64,000 bases of DNA from positions 155,244 to 219,243 of the forward strand of contig JBAZSE010000002.1 of the NCBI GenBank assembly GCA_041662565.1, read 5' to 3'. The number at the start of each line of letters is the position of its first letter. Within the stretch, counting starts at the first letter, position 1. Position numbers and translations under genes: made by a program. The stretch comes from Patescibacteria group bacterium. Its GTDB lineage: Bacteria > Patescibacteriota > Patescibacteriia > UBA1558 > UBA10009. Below, piece by piece: positions 20,420-30,200 of this stretch. The notes under the pieces were generated by a model, which did no database searches, was not told where the DNA came from, and worked only from the letters and a program-made list of their open reading frames with translations.

Positions 20420-22255
20420 ATGAAAATATTCAACAAACTTTCAATAGCCACTTTGGCTGTTATCTTTACCCTTGGATTTTCGGGCATTATCCAAGCCGCG
20501 ACTGCAGTAAGCTTAGGCGTTGCCGATAATTTTGCCGTACTGGCCGGCAGCGGTATTGCCAATACCGGTGCCACCACCATTGTTGGAGACGTTGGCTCGT
20601 ATCCAACTTTAACCCAAACCGGATTTGGTAGCGTTACCTTAACCGGAACCAACCATGCAGGCGATGGCACAACTCAACAAGCCAAAACCGATTTAACTGC
20701 CGCCTATCTTGATGCTGCGGGCCAGGGCGGTGCCTCGGCTATTGTTGCCGATCTTGGCGGCCAAACCTTAACTGCCGGTGTTTACAACTCTGCTTCCTCA
20801 ATCGGACTAACCGGAACACTGACTTTAGATGGCGGAGGCGATGCCAACGCGATTTTCGTTTTCCAAGCCGGCTCCACTTTAACCACGGCCGCGGCCAGCC
20901 ACGTTACTTTAACCAACAGCGCCCAGGCCTGTAATGTTTTTTGGCAAGTTGGCAGTTCGGCCACTTTAGGTACAACTTCGGATTTTAAAGGCAATATTTT
21001 GGCCTTGGCTTCTATTACCGATGACGGGGGCTCTACTATTGCCGGCCGACTTTTAGCCAGAAACGCGGCTGTTACTTTAAACAATACTTCGGTTACCAAA
21101 GCTACTTGCGCGGGCGCTTTGCCAGCTACTCTTAGCGTGGTTAAAACAATAATTAATGATGATGGCGGTAGCAAAGTTGTTGCTAACTTTCCTTTGCTAG
21201 TTGGCGCAACGTCAGTTACTTCCGGCGTCACCAATACATTTGCCCTAGGCACATATGCCGTAACCGAAACCGATTTTTCCGGCTACGCCCAATCATTTTC
21301 CGGTGATTGCGATGCCAGCGGCAACGTTACTTTAGCTTCGGGTGATCATAAATTATGCGTGGTTACTAATAATGACATTGCTACACCGCCAACTTCTTCC
21401 GGCGGCGGCGGTTGGACAGCTTACGCAGTTGTTCCCCCTGTGCCTCCATTAATTGATGTTGTAAAAGTTCCTAGCCCTTTGGCTTTGCCTAACGGTCCTG
21501 GTTTAGTTGAATATACTTTTACCTTAACTAATACTGGAACAGTGCCGGTAACTTCTATAACTCTGATTGACGATACCTGTAGTCCGATTATTTTGACTTC
21601 CGGTGATACCAATGGTGATGCAAAAATGGATCTTACAGAAACTTGGACATACAAATGTTCTGCCGTGCTTGCAGCAACCCACACTAACACGGTAGTGGCT
21701 ACTGGTTGGGCTAACGGCATTAGCGCCGTAGATATTGCCAGTGCCACTGTAGTTGTCAGCTTACCCGTTATTCCACCATTAATTCATGTTACTAAAGTCC
21801 CTACCCCATTAACGCTTTTAGCAGGCGGCGGACCGGCTTTGTACCATTATACGGTTACCAATCCCGGTACCGAACCATTAAGCAATGTTTATATTACCGA
21901 TGATAAATGTACCGGATTACCCGGAAGAGTTTTTGGCCATCCCGGAGACCTTAATAGCAATAACTTGCTAGAAAGCAATGAGTCCTGGTCCTTTAACTGT
22001 CAAACTAACCTAACCCAAACCACCACCAACACAGCCACGGCCAGCGGCGAAGCCAACGGCTTAACGGCTAAGGATTACGCCGTAGCTACGGTTATTGTGG
22101 CCCCAACCGTTGTGCCAATTGTAGTTGCCCCGATTTTGCCAAAAACCGGATTTGCCCCCCAAGAGCAAAATATTTCCTTAAATTTTGTTATCTTGGGAAT
22201 TTTAGCACTCGCTTTAATCTCGGCGATTTTGGTTTTCAAAAAACACAAAGTTTAA
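20420..22255 (+). CDS. Ice-binding-like (DUF3494) surface protein with Ig-like repeats and LPKTG sorting signal
   Basis: Signal peptide, FAVLAGS, LGGQTLTAGVY, LTLDGGGDANAIFVFQ, NVFWQVGSSATLG, GRLLA, two YT.TVTN.G repeats, then LPKTG + TM + basic tail. Confidence 0.88.
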   Translation: MKIFNKLSIATLAVIFTLGFSGIIQAATAVSLGVADNFAVLAGSGIANTGATTIVGDVGSYPTLTQTGFGSVTLTGTNHAGDGTTQQAKTDLTAAYLDAAGQGGASAIVADLGGQTLTAGVYNSASSIGLTGTLTLDGGGDANAIFVFQAGSTLTTAAASHVTLTNSAQACNVFWQVGSSATLGTTSDFKGNILALASITDDGGSTIAGRLLARNAAVTLNNTSVTKATCAGALPATLSVVKTIINDDGGSKVVANFPLLVGATSVTSGVTNTFALGTYAVTETDFSGYAQSFSGDCDASGNVTLASGDHKLCVVTNNDIATPPTSSGGGGWTAYAVVPPVPPLIDVVKVPSPLALPNGPGLVEYTFTLTNTGTVPVTSITLIDDTCSPIILTSGDTNGDAKMDLTETWTYKCSAVLAATHTNTVVATGWANGISAVDIASATVVVSLPVIPPLIHVTKVPTPLTLLAGGGPALYHYTVTNPGTEPLSNVYITDDKCTGLPGRVFGHPGDLNSNNLLESNESWSFNCQTNLTQTTTNTATASGEANGLTAKDYAVATVIVAPTVVPIVVAPILPKTGFAPQEQNISLNFVILGILALALISAILVFKKHKV

Positions 22256-22290
22256 TTTAAGCACTTCAAATAAAGTTAACAAATAAAAAT

Positions 22291-22431
22291 ATGCTCTTAA
22301 CCATTGGCTTTATCCTTATAGTTTTGTGGCTAGTTGGCTTTATTGGCTTTCATGTAGTTAGCGGATTTATTCATATTCTGCTCGTAGTTGCTATTATCGT
22401 CGTGCTTATTAGAATTATTAAAGGAAAATAA
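22291..22431 (+). CDS. Small lmo0937-like (DUF5670) membrane protein
   Basis: 46 aa MLLTIGFILIVLWLVGF...FIHILLVVAIIVVLIRIIKGK. Not in the ORF track. Confidence 0.8.
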   Translation: MLLTIGFILIVLWLVGFIGFHVVSGFIHILLVVAIIVVLIRIIKGK

Positions 22432-22514
22432 GTTCTGGCTTAAAAATCAAAAAATGATTAAAATTTAAAGGCCTCGTTTAAACGGGGCCTTTACTTTCAT
22501 AAGTAATAAAAGTT

Positions 22515-23198
22515 ATGCCGATAAATATATCATCAAAAGGCACTGGGCTGATTATAACTGTGGTAAGTTTGGCTTTTTTAGCCATGATATTTTCGGGATT
22601 GGCAGCGCAAGAAATAATTTTTCCTGCTGGCTTATTTACCAAGGATCGAGGAAAAAACCAAATTCAAAACGATTTTAGGCAATTAACCAATAATTCTTTA
22701 ACTCCTGTAAAACAAAAACCTTTAGGAAATTCTGTTTTAAATCCAATAATAAGAAAATCCAATCAATTAATAATTCCCTCCATTCATGTTAATGCTATTA
22801 TTGAAAAAGTTGGACTAACTTTAAATGGAGAAATGGCTGTTCCACAAAACTTAAACAACGTTGCTTGGTATAAACTAGGTCCTAAGCCGGGAGAAATTGG
22901 CAGCGCGGTTATGGCCGGGCACTTTGGTTGGAAAAACAACCGGCCATCAACATTTAATAATTTACATAAACTGCGAGCCAGAGATAAAGTGCAATTTAAA
23001 AATGATAAAGGTGTTATAATCACTTTTGTGGTGCGGGAAAGCCGTGAATATGATCCATTATCAGACGCTTTTGAAATTTTTAACTCCAATGATAATAAAG
23101 CCCATCTTAACCTTATTACTTGCCAAGGAATCTGGGATAAAATTTCAAAAAATTACTCAAAACGACTGGTAGTATTTACGGATAAAGAAGAAAAATAG
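22515..23198 (+). CDS. Sortase (class F-like)
   Basis: LIIPSI, VAWY..GPKPGEIGSAVMAGH, LITC and a downstream Arg give the His-Cys-Arg triad. Confidence 0.9.
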   Translation: MPINISSKGTGLIITVVSLAFLAMIFSGLAAQEIIFPAGLFTKDRGKNQIQNDFRQLTNNSLTPVKQKPLGNSVLNPIIRKSNQLIIPSIHVNAIIEKVGLTLNGEMAVPQNLNNVAWYKLGPKPGEIGSAVMAGHFGWKNNRPSTFNNLHKLRARDKVQFKNDKGVIITFVVRESREYDPLSDAFEIFNSNDNKAHLNLITCQGIWDKISKNYSKRLVVFTDKEEK

Positions 23199-23291
23199 AA
23201 ATTGTCCCACTATTGACAAAAATCTAAAAATCTGCTAAGATAGCAAGTTACTAAATGAGATTCTCTAACTATAGAGAATCTTTTAAATTAG

Positions 23292-23325
23292 TCGAGTTGG
23301 ATCGAGCTAAGCTCGATTAGCTCGA
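23292..23325. repeat. Nested 15-bp palindrome (element inside element)
   Basis: TCGAGTTGGA-[TCGAGCTAAGCTCGA]-TTAGCTCGA. Confidence 0.7.
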
Positions 23326-23338
23326 AATAGCAGATTAT

Positions 23339-23968
23339 ATGATTATATACGAAATTCTCACTTTAGAAACAAAAAGCTTGCTTTTTCCCTTGTTTTACTC
23401 AAAATTCTTAACTTTTTTGGCTAAAATTAGCCGAAAAATAATTAAGAAAAACCTCTTAGTTTTAGATAAAATCCTGCCGTTTTACTTGTTATTGGTGGTT
23501 TTAAATCTAAATTTGCCCCATGTGCAGGCCGAAGACCTAACCAGCTTAAATGTTCAGCTACCTGTACAAACCGGCAAAATTGAGGTTTTACGGGCTTTTG
23601 ACCCTACCCCTAGCGGCTTACCTTTGGATATTTCCGGCCAACTAAGAGAACCCCGCTTTAAATTAAAGGTCTGGGTTAGCGCTTACAATAGTTTGCCCGG
23701 CCAAACCGATAGCACCCCTTGCATTACCGCTTCCGGCTTGGATGTATGTAAAAGAGCCGAACAAGGCGCGGTAGATGTAATTGCCACCAATCTGATGCAC
23801 TTGCCTTTTGGCACTAAAATAAGGATGCCCGAACTGTTCGGCGATAAGATCTTTTTAGTGGAAGATCGGATGAATCGCCGTTACACTAAAAAAATGGATA
23901 TTTGGATGGCAGATTATGATGAAGCCATTAAATTCGGCCATCAATACACGTCTATAGAAATCTTCTAA
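23339..23968 (+). CDS. 3D-domain protein (peptidoglycan-related)
   Basis: SAYNS..QTDSTPCITASG, LPFGTK, VEDRM and MDIW. The start is uncertain. Confidence 0.85.
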   Translation: MIIYEILTLETKSLLFPLFYSKFLTFLAKISRKIIKKNLLVLDKILPFYLLLVVLNLNLPHVQAEDLTSLNVQLPVQTGKIEVLRAFDPTPSGLPLDISGQLREPRFKLKVWVSAYNSLPGQTDSTPCITASGLDVCKRAEQGAVDVIATNLMHLPFGTKIRMPELFGDKIFLVEDRMNRRYTKKMDIWMADYDEAIKFGHQYTSIEIF

Positions 23969-24079
23969 AAACATGATTTTAAAAAACACTTTCCAAATCA
24001 GGAAAGTGTTTTTTGGTAAAAAAAATCCTCAGTGGATTCAAAGCGAATCTTGAACCCACTGAGGTGCAGCGATTAAATG

Positions 24080-24808
24080 TCAGGAAACTTCATTGATTCG
24101 TTCAAGCCAGTAAGGATCATCCGGGTTATAGAGCGAAACGTAGTTACTAGTCATTCTCTTCGTACAGCATGAGAAATACCCTTGAACCCTGTTTTCAACA
24201 GATTTTCGAATGGATTGAGGGGTTTCTGACTCCCATTGGAAAAAGAAAGACGCGCTATCTTGTAGAGTTCTGATGACTTTAATTTCCTGGGATGCCTTAA
24301 GAAAGCAGTTGGCTTCTTGAATAGCTTCTTTTGCTTCAGGGTTTGCATATGGACCCGAGGTGCAAAACGGTATAGATAGATGCTGATCAGTTATGCAAAA
24401 TATTTCGCAGGTATTTGCAGGAATCCCTGGATCTTTTAAAAAATCCATTGGATGTTTTATTAGTAGTTCTAAGGCCAGCTCTTTTTTAACAAGACCAGAA
24501 AGACCTTTCTCAAGACTTGGACGCAAGACCCTATTCCTAAGACTGCCCCGGATTTGAAGATGAAAAATGAAAGCCCTTGCACACCTTGAATATTCGTAAC
24601 TTTTCAGAGTTACGCCAAGAGGTAGAGCTTCCAACCACTCTTTTACCTTATTTGATCCCCATTCGTATTCCAGTGAATCCAAATGTTTATCAAAGTGGGG
24701 CGAAGTAAGGGTGAACTCTGTCGACCCTTTTGATGAATACAATTGTCCAATACCATTTAAAAGTATTGGCCAAAATTCAGTAGACCAACGAACAGATTGC
24801 TTTGCCAT
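24080..24808 (-). CDS. Hypothetical protein (ORFan cassette)
   Basis: 242 aa, AGGAGG SD, TTGACT at 24881-24886 (minus), CCTCAGTGG..CCACTGAGG terminator at about 24018-24064. Confidence 0.75.
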   Translation of the reverse strand: MAKQSVRWSTEFWPILLNGIGQLYSSKGSTEFTLTSPHFDKHLDSLEYEWGSNKVKEWLEALPLGVTLKSYEYSRCARAFIFHLQIRGSLRNRVLRPSLEKGLSGLVKKELALELLIKHPMDFLKDPGIPANTCEIFCITDQHLSIPFCTSGPYANPEAKEAIQEANCFLKASQEIKVIRTLQDSASFFFQWESETPQSIRKSVENRVQGYFSCCTKRMTSNYVSLYNPDDPYWLERINEVS

Positions 24809-25075
24809 GATATCCTCCTATCTATGGCGGTTGACGAAATGAAAGGTACGTACATTTATACTGATATATCTTGTTAATAAAGTCAAGCTAACGATTAACT
24901 CCTGATACATTTTCCAAATAAGTATTAATTCGACTGTACTGAATATTTTAAAAAACCCCAGCCGCCACACCGCGTAAAGTCTCATATCATTCAGTTTATG
25001 CGTGACAAGCTAAACAGAACTAAATAAATTTTATTCTGGAAGCAAGCTCGGAAAAATTAAAATAATTAGATTGAT

Positions 25076-25150
25076 TGGAGGCCACGACCGGATTCGAACC
25101 GGTGAATAAGGGTTTTGCAGACCCTTGCCTTACCACTTGGCTACGTGGCC
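25076..25150 (-). tRNA. tRNA-Cys(GCA)
   Basis: Minus strand GGCCACGTAGCCAAGTGGTAAGGC, AAGGG-TCTGCAAA-ACCCTT, GGTTCGAATCC, GTGGCCTCCA. Confidence 0.95.
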
Positions 25151-25182
25151 ATTAAGGAATACTTTGATTTGAATTGTGGCAT

Positions 25183-25337
25183 ATTTAAGCCACCAACTCT
25201 TTTAATAGCCCTCTCGTCCCCTTTAGGGGATACGTGGCCAATTTAGAAAATGCTGATATAAATTGTTAGCACATTTAAGCCACCAACTCTTTTAATAGCC
25301 CTCTCGTCCCCTTTAGGGGATACGTGGCCATTAAGGA
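25183..25337. repeat. 58-bp direct repeat x2 (period 90) upstream of tRNA-Cys
   Basis: 25183-25240 is identical to 25273-25330. 25142-25158 is identical to 25321-25337. Confidence 0.9.
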
Positions 25338-25447
25338 GATATGTAGCTAAACTTCATTTAAAATAACAGAATATCCTTAAAAAATCAAGGTTGCTTTATC
25401 GCCGTCTAACAGGTAAAATAACCCTATATTATTATACTTACCTTGCC

Positions 25448-25942
25448 ATGAAAACCGCTTTATTAATCGTTGATGTCCAAAATTTCTTTATCAATAAATG
25501 GACGCAACATGTGCCAAAAAATATTGTTAAGTTGATTGAAAACAGTGATTTTTCTGCTATTGTTTTTAGCCAATTTATCAATACGGCCAATAGCAACTTT
25601 GTTAAGCAACTTAATTACACCGGTTGCACAAAACCACCGTATACCGATATCGTTATTGATCTAAAACCCTGGGTTAAAAAAGATAACATTTTTAGCAAAT
25701 GCTCTTTTTCGGTTTTTACCAATCCTAATTTTGAAAAATATTTAAGAGAAAAAAAGATTGAAGAATTAACTATTGTTGGCCTGGATACTGATTATTGCGT
25801 CTTAGCCGATTGTTTTAACGCTTTTGATCAGGGCTATAAAATTACGGTAATCGCAAATTGTTGCGCCAGCTCTACCAATGGCCCGGATGGACACGTAGCG
25901 GCTTTAAAAATTATCGCTAACAATTTTGGCACAGTAATTTAA
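25448..25942 (+). CDS. Isochorismatase / cysteine hydrolase family
   Basis: ALLIVDVQNFF, K..FSVF and VGLDTDYCV. Confidence 0.9.
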   Translation: MKTALLIVDVQNFFINKWTQHVPKNIVKLIENSDFSAIVFSQFINTANSNFVKQLNYTGCTKPPYTDIVIDLKPWVKKDNIFSKCSFSVFTNPNFEKYLREKKIEELTIVGLDTDYCVLADCFNAFDQGYKITVIANCCASSTNGPDGHVAALKIIANNFGTVI

Positions 25943-26023
25943 TGGATAAACAGGAAATCCTTCAGTCGCGTGTGCTCCTTCAGGATGACAGCAAAGAATT
26001 AACATTTTAACTAATTGTTAACA

Positions 26024-28840
26024 ATGAACAAAGGTAACGAGAAATTCATAATCATTGACGGCAATGCCCTGTTGCACCGCGCTTGGCACGCTTTGCCGCC
26101 CATGACTTTAAAAGACGGAACTATGGTTAATGCCGCTTACGGCTTTACTTCCATCTTATTAAAAATAATCAAAGAGCTTAAGCCGAATTATATTTGCTCG
26201 GCCTTTGACCGCAAGGGCGTTTCCAAACGGACCGAAATGTTTACTTCGTATAAAGCCCAGCGCGTTAAACAGCCCGACGAGCTTTACGCCCAAATCCCGA
26301 TTATTGAACAAATTCTCAAGGCCTTTAACATCCCAGTGGTTGATGCCCAGGAAGAGGGTTATGAGGCCGATGATGTGATCGGCACCATTATTACTCATCT
26401 TAAAAAAACCCAACCCGAGTTGCATAAATTTATTGTCACCGGCGATTTGGACGCTTTGCAATTGGTTGATCAACAAACCGAGGTCTTTACTTTAAAAAAA
26501 GGCATTTCCGAAACCTTTACCTATAATATCAATGCGGTTAAAGATCGCTATGGCCTAACCCCGGATCAATTAATCGATTTTAAGGCGTTAAGAGGTGATC
26601 CTTCGGATAATATTCCGGGCGTTAAAGGTATTGGCGAAAAATCCGCCACCCAACTGATTCAACAGTTCGGCTCGCTGGAAAAACTTTATGAAAAATTAGA
26701 ACAATCCAAGGTTAAAGATCGGCTTAAAGAACTGTTAATCACCCAAAAAAAAGATGCCCTTTTAAGCAAAGAATTGGTGACAATCAAAACCGATCTTAAA
26801 ACCAACTTTAAATTGGCCGAAACCAAAATTCAGGGCTTTGATGTTAATGAGGTGATAAAAATTTTTACCCATCTGGAATTTAAAAGCTTAATGAATAAAA
26901 TTCCTTCTGAATTATCCGGCAAGATGGAAACAAAAAATATCCAGGAAGCGGATGCAAAACCAACAACCGAGCAATCAAATACAGGGGGGCAGGGCGCGAT
27001 GGATTTTATGTCCATTACTAAAGCGCCTTCCTCTGAATTTTTTGATTATCGCCTGGTAAATACCAACGAAAAATTTCAAAAATTTTTAACTGAATTAAAA
27101 AATCAAACCGAATTCGCTTTGGATAGCGAAACTACCGGCCTAAACGTTTGGCAGGCAAAAATTTTAGGGCTAAGTTTTTCTTGGAAACCAGGTTTGGCCT
27201 ATTACTTGGATATTGCATCTAATTTGCCTTGGCTAAATGAACTTAAACCGATTTTGGAAAATCCCAACATTAAAAAAATCGGTCACAATTTAAAATACGA
27301 TTATGAAATGCTGATGCAAAACGGCATTATCATGGCCGGCTTGGATTTTGACACCATGCTCGGCGCTTATTTGCTTACCTCCGGCAACCGCAATTTGGAT
27401 TTGGACAGTTTGGTTTTTTCGGAACTTGGCCACCAAATGCAACCCATTACCGATTTAATCGGACCAAAAGGCAAGGATCAATTAAATATGTCGGCGGTAG
27501 CCGTGGAACGAGTATCCTGGTATGCGGCCGAAGATGCGGATTTTACTCTGCGGTTGGCTAAAAAATTAAAACCGGAGTTGGAAAAAATTTCCGACTTAGG
27601 CGCGTCCCGAGCGGAGTCGAGGGGCCTGATGGAAAAAATTGAAATGCCCCTAATTGCCGTGTTGGCTAAAATGGAGCAAACCGGCATTAAAATCGACCAG
27701 GAATTTTTAAAACAACTAAATCAAAAATTTACCGGGGAAATTAAATCAATTGAAAATAAAGTTTACGAAATAGCCGGCCAAGAGTTCAACATCGCTTCGC
27801 CTCTACAGCTCAAAGAAATTTTGTTTGACCGTTTAAAAATCGATATCAAGGGTTTAAAAAAAATAAAAACCGGCATTTCCACCGCTGCCGGCGAGCTTGA
27901 AAAATTAAAAGATCGGCATCCGATTATCCCTTACATCAGCAATTTTAGGGAATATTCCAAACTGCAAAACACTTATACCCAAACCTTGCCTTTGCAGGCC
28001 GATAAACATGATAGAATCCATACCAGCTTTAACCAAACCATTGCCGCAACCGGCCGGCTTTCTTCATCCGATCCTAATTTGCAAAATATTCCCATTAGAA
28101 CAGAGCTAGGGCGCGAAATCCGCAAAGCTTTTATTGCGGAGAAAGGAAATTTATTGATTTCGGCCGACTATTCGCAAATAGAACTAAGAGTTATCGCCTC
28201 ATTAGCCAGTGATGAAAAAATGATCGCCTATTTTAACAACAATGAAGACATCCATGCCCGAACAGCCGCCGATATAAATAAATTGCCAATTTCTGAAGTT
28301 ACCAAAGATATGCGCCGGGCGGCTAAAGAAGTTAATTTTGGCGTTATCTATGGCCTGGGCTATGTTGGCTTAGCTGCGCGCACCGGCATTACTCGCGAAG
28401 AAGCCAAAAGCTTTATTGCCCGCTACTTTGAATTGTATCCGCAAATTAAAAACTGGTTAGTTGAAACCAAAGAATTAGCGGCTAAACACGGTTATGTAGA
28501 AACGCTTTTGGGTAGAAGAAGATATTTGCCGGAAATTCACTCCGGCGTACCCATGATCCGCGCCAGCGCGGAACGCATGGCCATTAATGCCCCTATCCAG
28601 GGCACAGCCGCCGATTTACTAAAAATGGCGATGATTGCTATTCACCAAGAATTGCCAAAAATCTGTTTGAATGCCAAGCTGTTGTTAACCGTCCACGATG
28701 AACTGGTATTGGAAGCACCGGAAAACGAAGCCCAAAAAGTGGCCGACTTTGTAAAAAACAAAATGGAAAATATTTACTCTCTTAAAGTGCCTATTGTGGC
28801 CGAAGTGCATTTGGGCCATAATTGGGGAGAAACAAAATAA
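26024..28840 (+). CDS. polA: DNA polymerase I
   Basis: IIDGNALLHRAWHA, EADDVIG, GDPSDNIPGV, DSETTG, TGRLSSSDPNLQNIP, DYSQIELR and VHDE. Confidence 0.98.
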   Translation: MNKGNEKFIIIDGNALLHRAWHALPPMTLKDGTMVNAAYGFTSILLKIIKELKPNYICSAFDRKGVSKRTEMFTSYKAQRVKQPDELYAQIPIIEQILKAFNIPVVDAQEEGYEADDVIGTIITHLKKTQPELHKFIVTGDLDALQLVDQQTEVFTLKKGISETFTYNINAVKDRYGLTPDQLIDFKALRGDPSDNIPGVKGIGEKSATQLIQQFGSLEKLYEKLEQSKVKDRLKELLITQKKDALLSKELVTIKTDLKTNFKLAETKIQGFDVNEVIKIFTHLEFKSLMNKIPSELSGKMETKNIQEADAKPTTEQSNTGGQGAMDFMSITKAPSSEFFDYRLVNTNEKFQKFLTELKNQTEFALDSETTGLNVWQAKILGLSFSWKPGLAYYLDIASNLPWLNELKPILENPNIKKIGHNLKYDYEMLMQNGIIMAGLDFDTMLGAYLLTSGNRNLDLDSLVFSELGHQMQPITDLIGPKGKDQLNMSAVAVERVSWYAAEDADFTLRLAKKLKPELEKISDLGASRAESRGLMEKIEMPLIAVLAKMEQTGIKIDQEFLKQLNQKFTGEIKSIENKVYEIAGQEFNIASPLQLKEILFDRLKIDIKGLKKIKTGISTAAGELEKLKDRHPIIPYISNFREYSKLQNTYTQTLPLQADKHDRIHTSFNQTIAATGRLSSSDPNLQNIPIRTELGREIRKAFIAEKGNLLISADYSQIELRVIASLASDEKMIAYFNNNEDIHARTAADINKLPISEVTKDMRRAAKEVNFGVIYGLGYVGLAARTGITREEAKSFIARYFELYPQIKNWLVETKELAAKHGYVETLLGRRRYLPEIHSGVPMIRASAERMAINAPIQGTAADLLKMAMIAIHQELPKICLNAKLLLTVHDELVLEAPENEAQKVADFVKNKMENIYSLKVPIVAEVHLGHNWGETK
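27599..27625. repeat. In-frame palindromic insertion in polA
   Basis: GGC-[GCGTCCCGAGCGGAGTCGAGG]-GGC adds 24 nt (ASRAESRG). Confidence 0.7.
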
Positions 28841-28842
28841 CT

Positions 28843-29793
28843 ATGATATTTTTTCTTTACGGCCAGGATTCTTATCGGGCTCATCAAAAATTGCTGAAAA
28901 TTAAGGAAAAATTTAAAAAAGAAATCGACCCTTCGGGCATTAATACCATTACCTTTTCGGGCGAAGATTTTGATTTGGGCAAATTTAATTCGGCTTCGAT
29001 GCAAGCCGGTTTTTTAGTGCCCAAGCGCCTGGTAATTATTAAAAATTTATTACTGGCCAAACCAATTAAAAATGTTGCTGAACAGCTCTCTGAAATGCTT
29101 TTGCGCCTTAAAAAAAGCGATAACATTTTTGTTTTTTACGAAGCCGGCGAACCGGATAAAAGAAGCGCCTTATTTAAAACCTTATCAACTGATAAAAAAT
29201 TAAGCCAGAATTTTGAAGCCCTGGATAATGCCAAGCTGAATGATTGGGCTAAAAATTATGCTCAAGAAAAAAACGGAAAAATAAACGCCCGCGCCCTTTT
29301 GCTTTTAACCTCGTTTGTCGGCAATAATTTGTGGCTTTTATCCGGCGAGTTGAATAAGCTGATTGCTTACAAAAACGGTAGGGAAATTTTAGAAGAAGAT
29401 GTTAAAACTTTTGTAAATGCCAAAATTACCGAAAATATTTTTGGTTTAACCGATGCGGTGGCCTCCGCTAACCAAGCTAGCGCCCTTAAATTGCTAGAAG
29501 AACAGCTATCTCTTGGGTTAAATGAAATTTATCTGCTAACCATGATTATCAGGCAATTTAGGATTTTGTTGCAAATTAAACCTTTGTTGGATAAAAAAAT
29601 GTTGGAAAAACAAATTGCCGAAGCAACCGGTCTTCATCCTTTTGTGATTAAAAAAAGCGCGCCTTTGGCCAAAAAATTTACTTTGGAAAAACTTAAAAAA
29701 ATTTATCTGCACTTGGCCCAGTTGGATAAACAATTTAAATCCACTGCTTTGCCGCCCAAAACCTTGCTGGATCTTTTAATAATGAAGGTTTAA
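28843..29793 (+). CDS. holA: DNA polymerase III delta subunit
   Basis: MIFFLYGQD, ELNKL..Y, IFGLTDAV and HPFV..K. Confidence 0.88.
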   Translation: MIFFLYGQDSYRAHQKLLKIKEKFKKEIDPSGINTITFSGEDFDLGKFNSASMQAGFLVPKRLVIIKNLLLAKPIKNVAEQLSEMLLRLKKSDNIFVFYEAGEPDKRSALFKTLSTDKKLSQNFEALDNAKLNDWAKNYAQEKNGKINARALLLLTSFVGNNLWLLSGELNKLIAYKNGREILEEDVKTFVNAKITENIFGLTDAVASANQASALKLLEEQLSLGLNEIYLLTMIIRQFRILLQIKPLLDKKMLEKQIAEATGLHPFVIKKSAPLAKKFTLEKLKKIYLHLAQLDKQFKSTALPPKTLLDLLIMKV

Positions 29794-29840
29794 ACAAATT
29801 AAAAAACCGCCTGGATAACCAAACGGTTTTTTTAATTCAA

Positions 29841-30110
29841 TTATTTTTTTAAGGCCTTGGTGATACTGGCTGCCAAACGTGATTTTTTGCGTCCAGCCGT
29901 ATTTTTTTTCAACCAACCGGTTTTAACTGCCTTATCAACTGTTTTTTGAAACTGCCTCATTAAATCATTAATTTTGGCGGTTTCTTTTTCGGCAATTGAT
30001 TTGGCGATTTTTTTAGCTAAATCCTTGATATTCTTGCGTTCACGGAAATTTTTAAGAGCCAGTTTTTTGGACTTGCGCAAATATTTTTCCGCTGCTTTTT
30101 TATTAGGCAT
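29841..30110 (-). CDS. rpsT: 30S ribosomal protein S20
   Basis: MPNKKAAEK and DKAVKTGWLKKNTAGRKKSRL. Confidence 0.93.
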   Translation of the reverse strand: MPNKKAAEKYLRKSKKLALKNFRERKNIKDLAKKIAKSIAEKETAKINDLMRQFQKTVDKAVKTGWLKKNTAGRKKSRLAASITKALKK

Positions 30111-30200
30111 AGTAAATTAAACGATTAATAGATAAATTGAACAATTGTTTAGTGTGAGAGTTAGGAAAATACTAACATAAATACCCAAAATAATCAAGCC

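Noticed and set aside
25183-25330. CRISPR array
   Set aside because: Only two 58-bp units, tied to a tRNA end, with no cas genes in the window.
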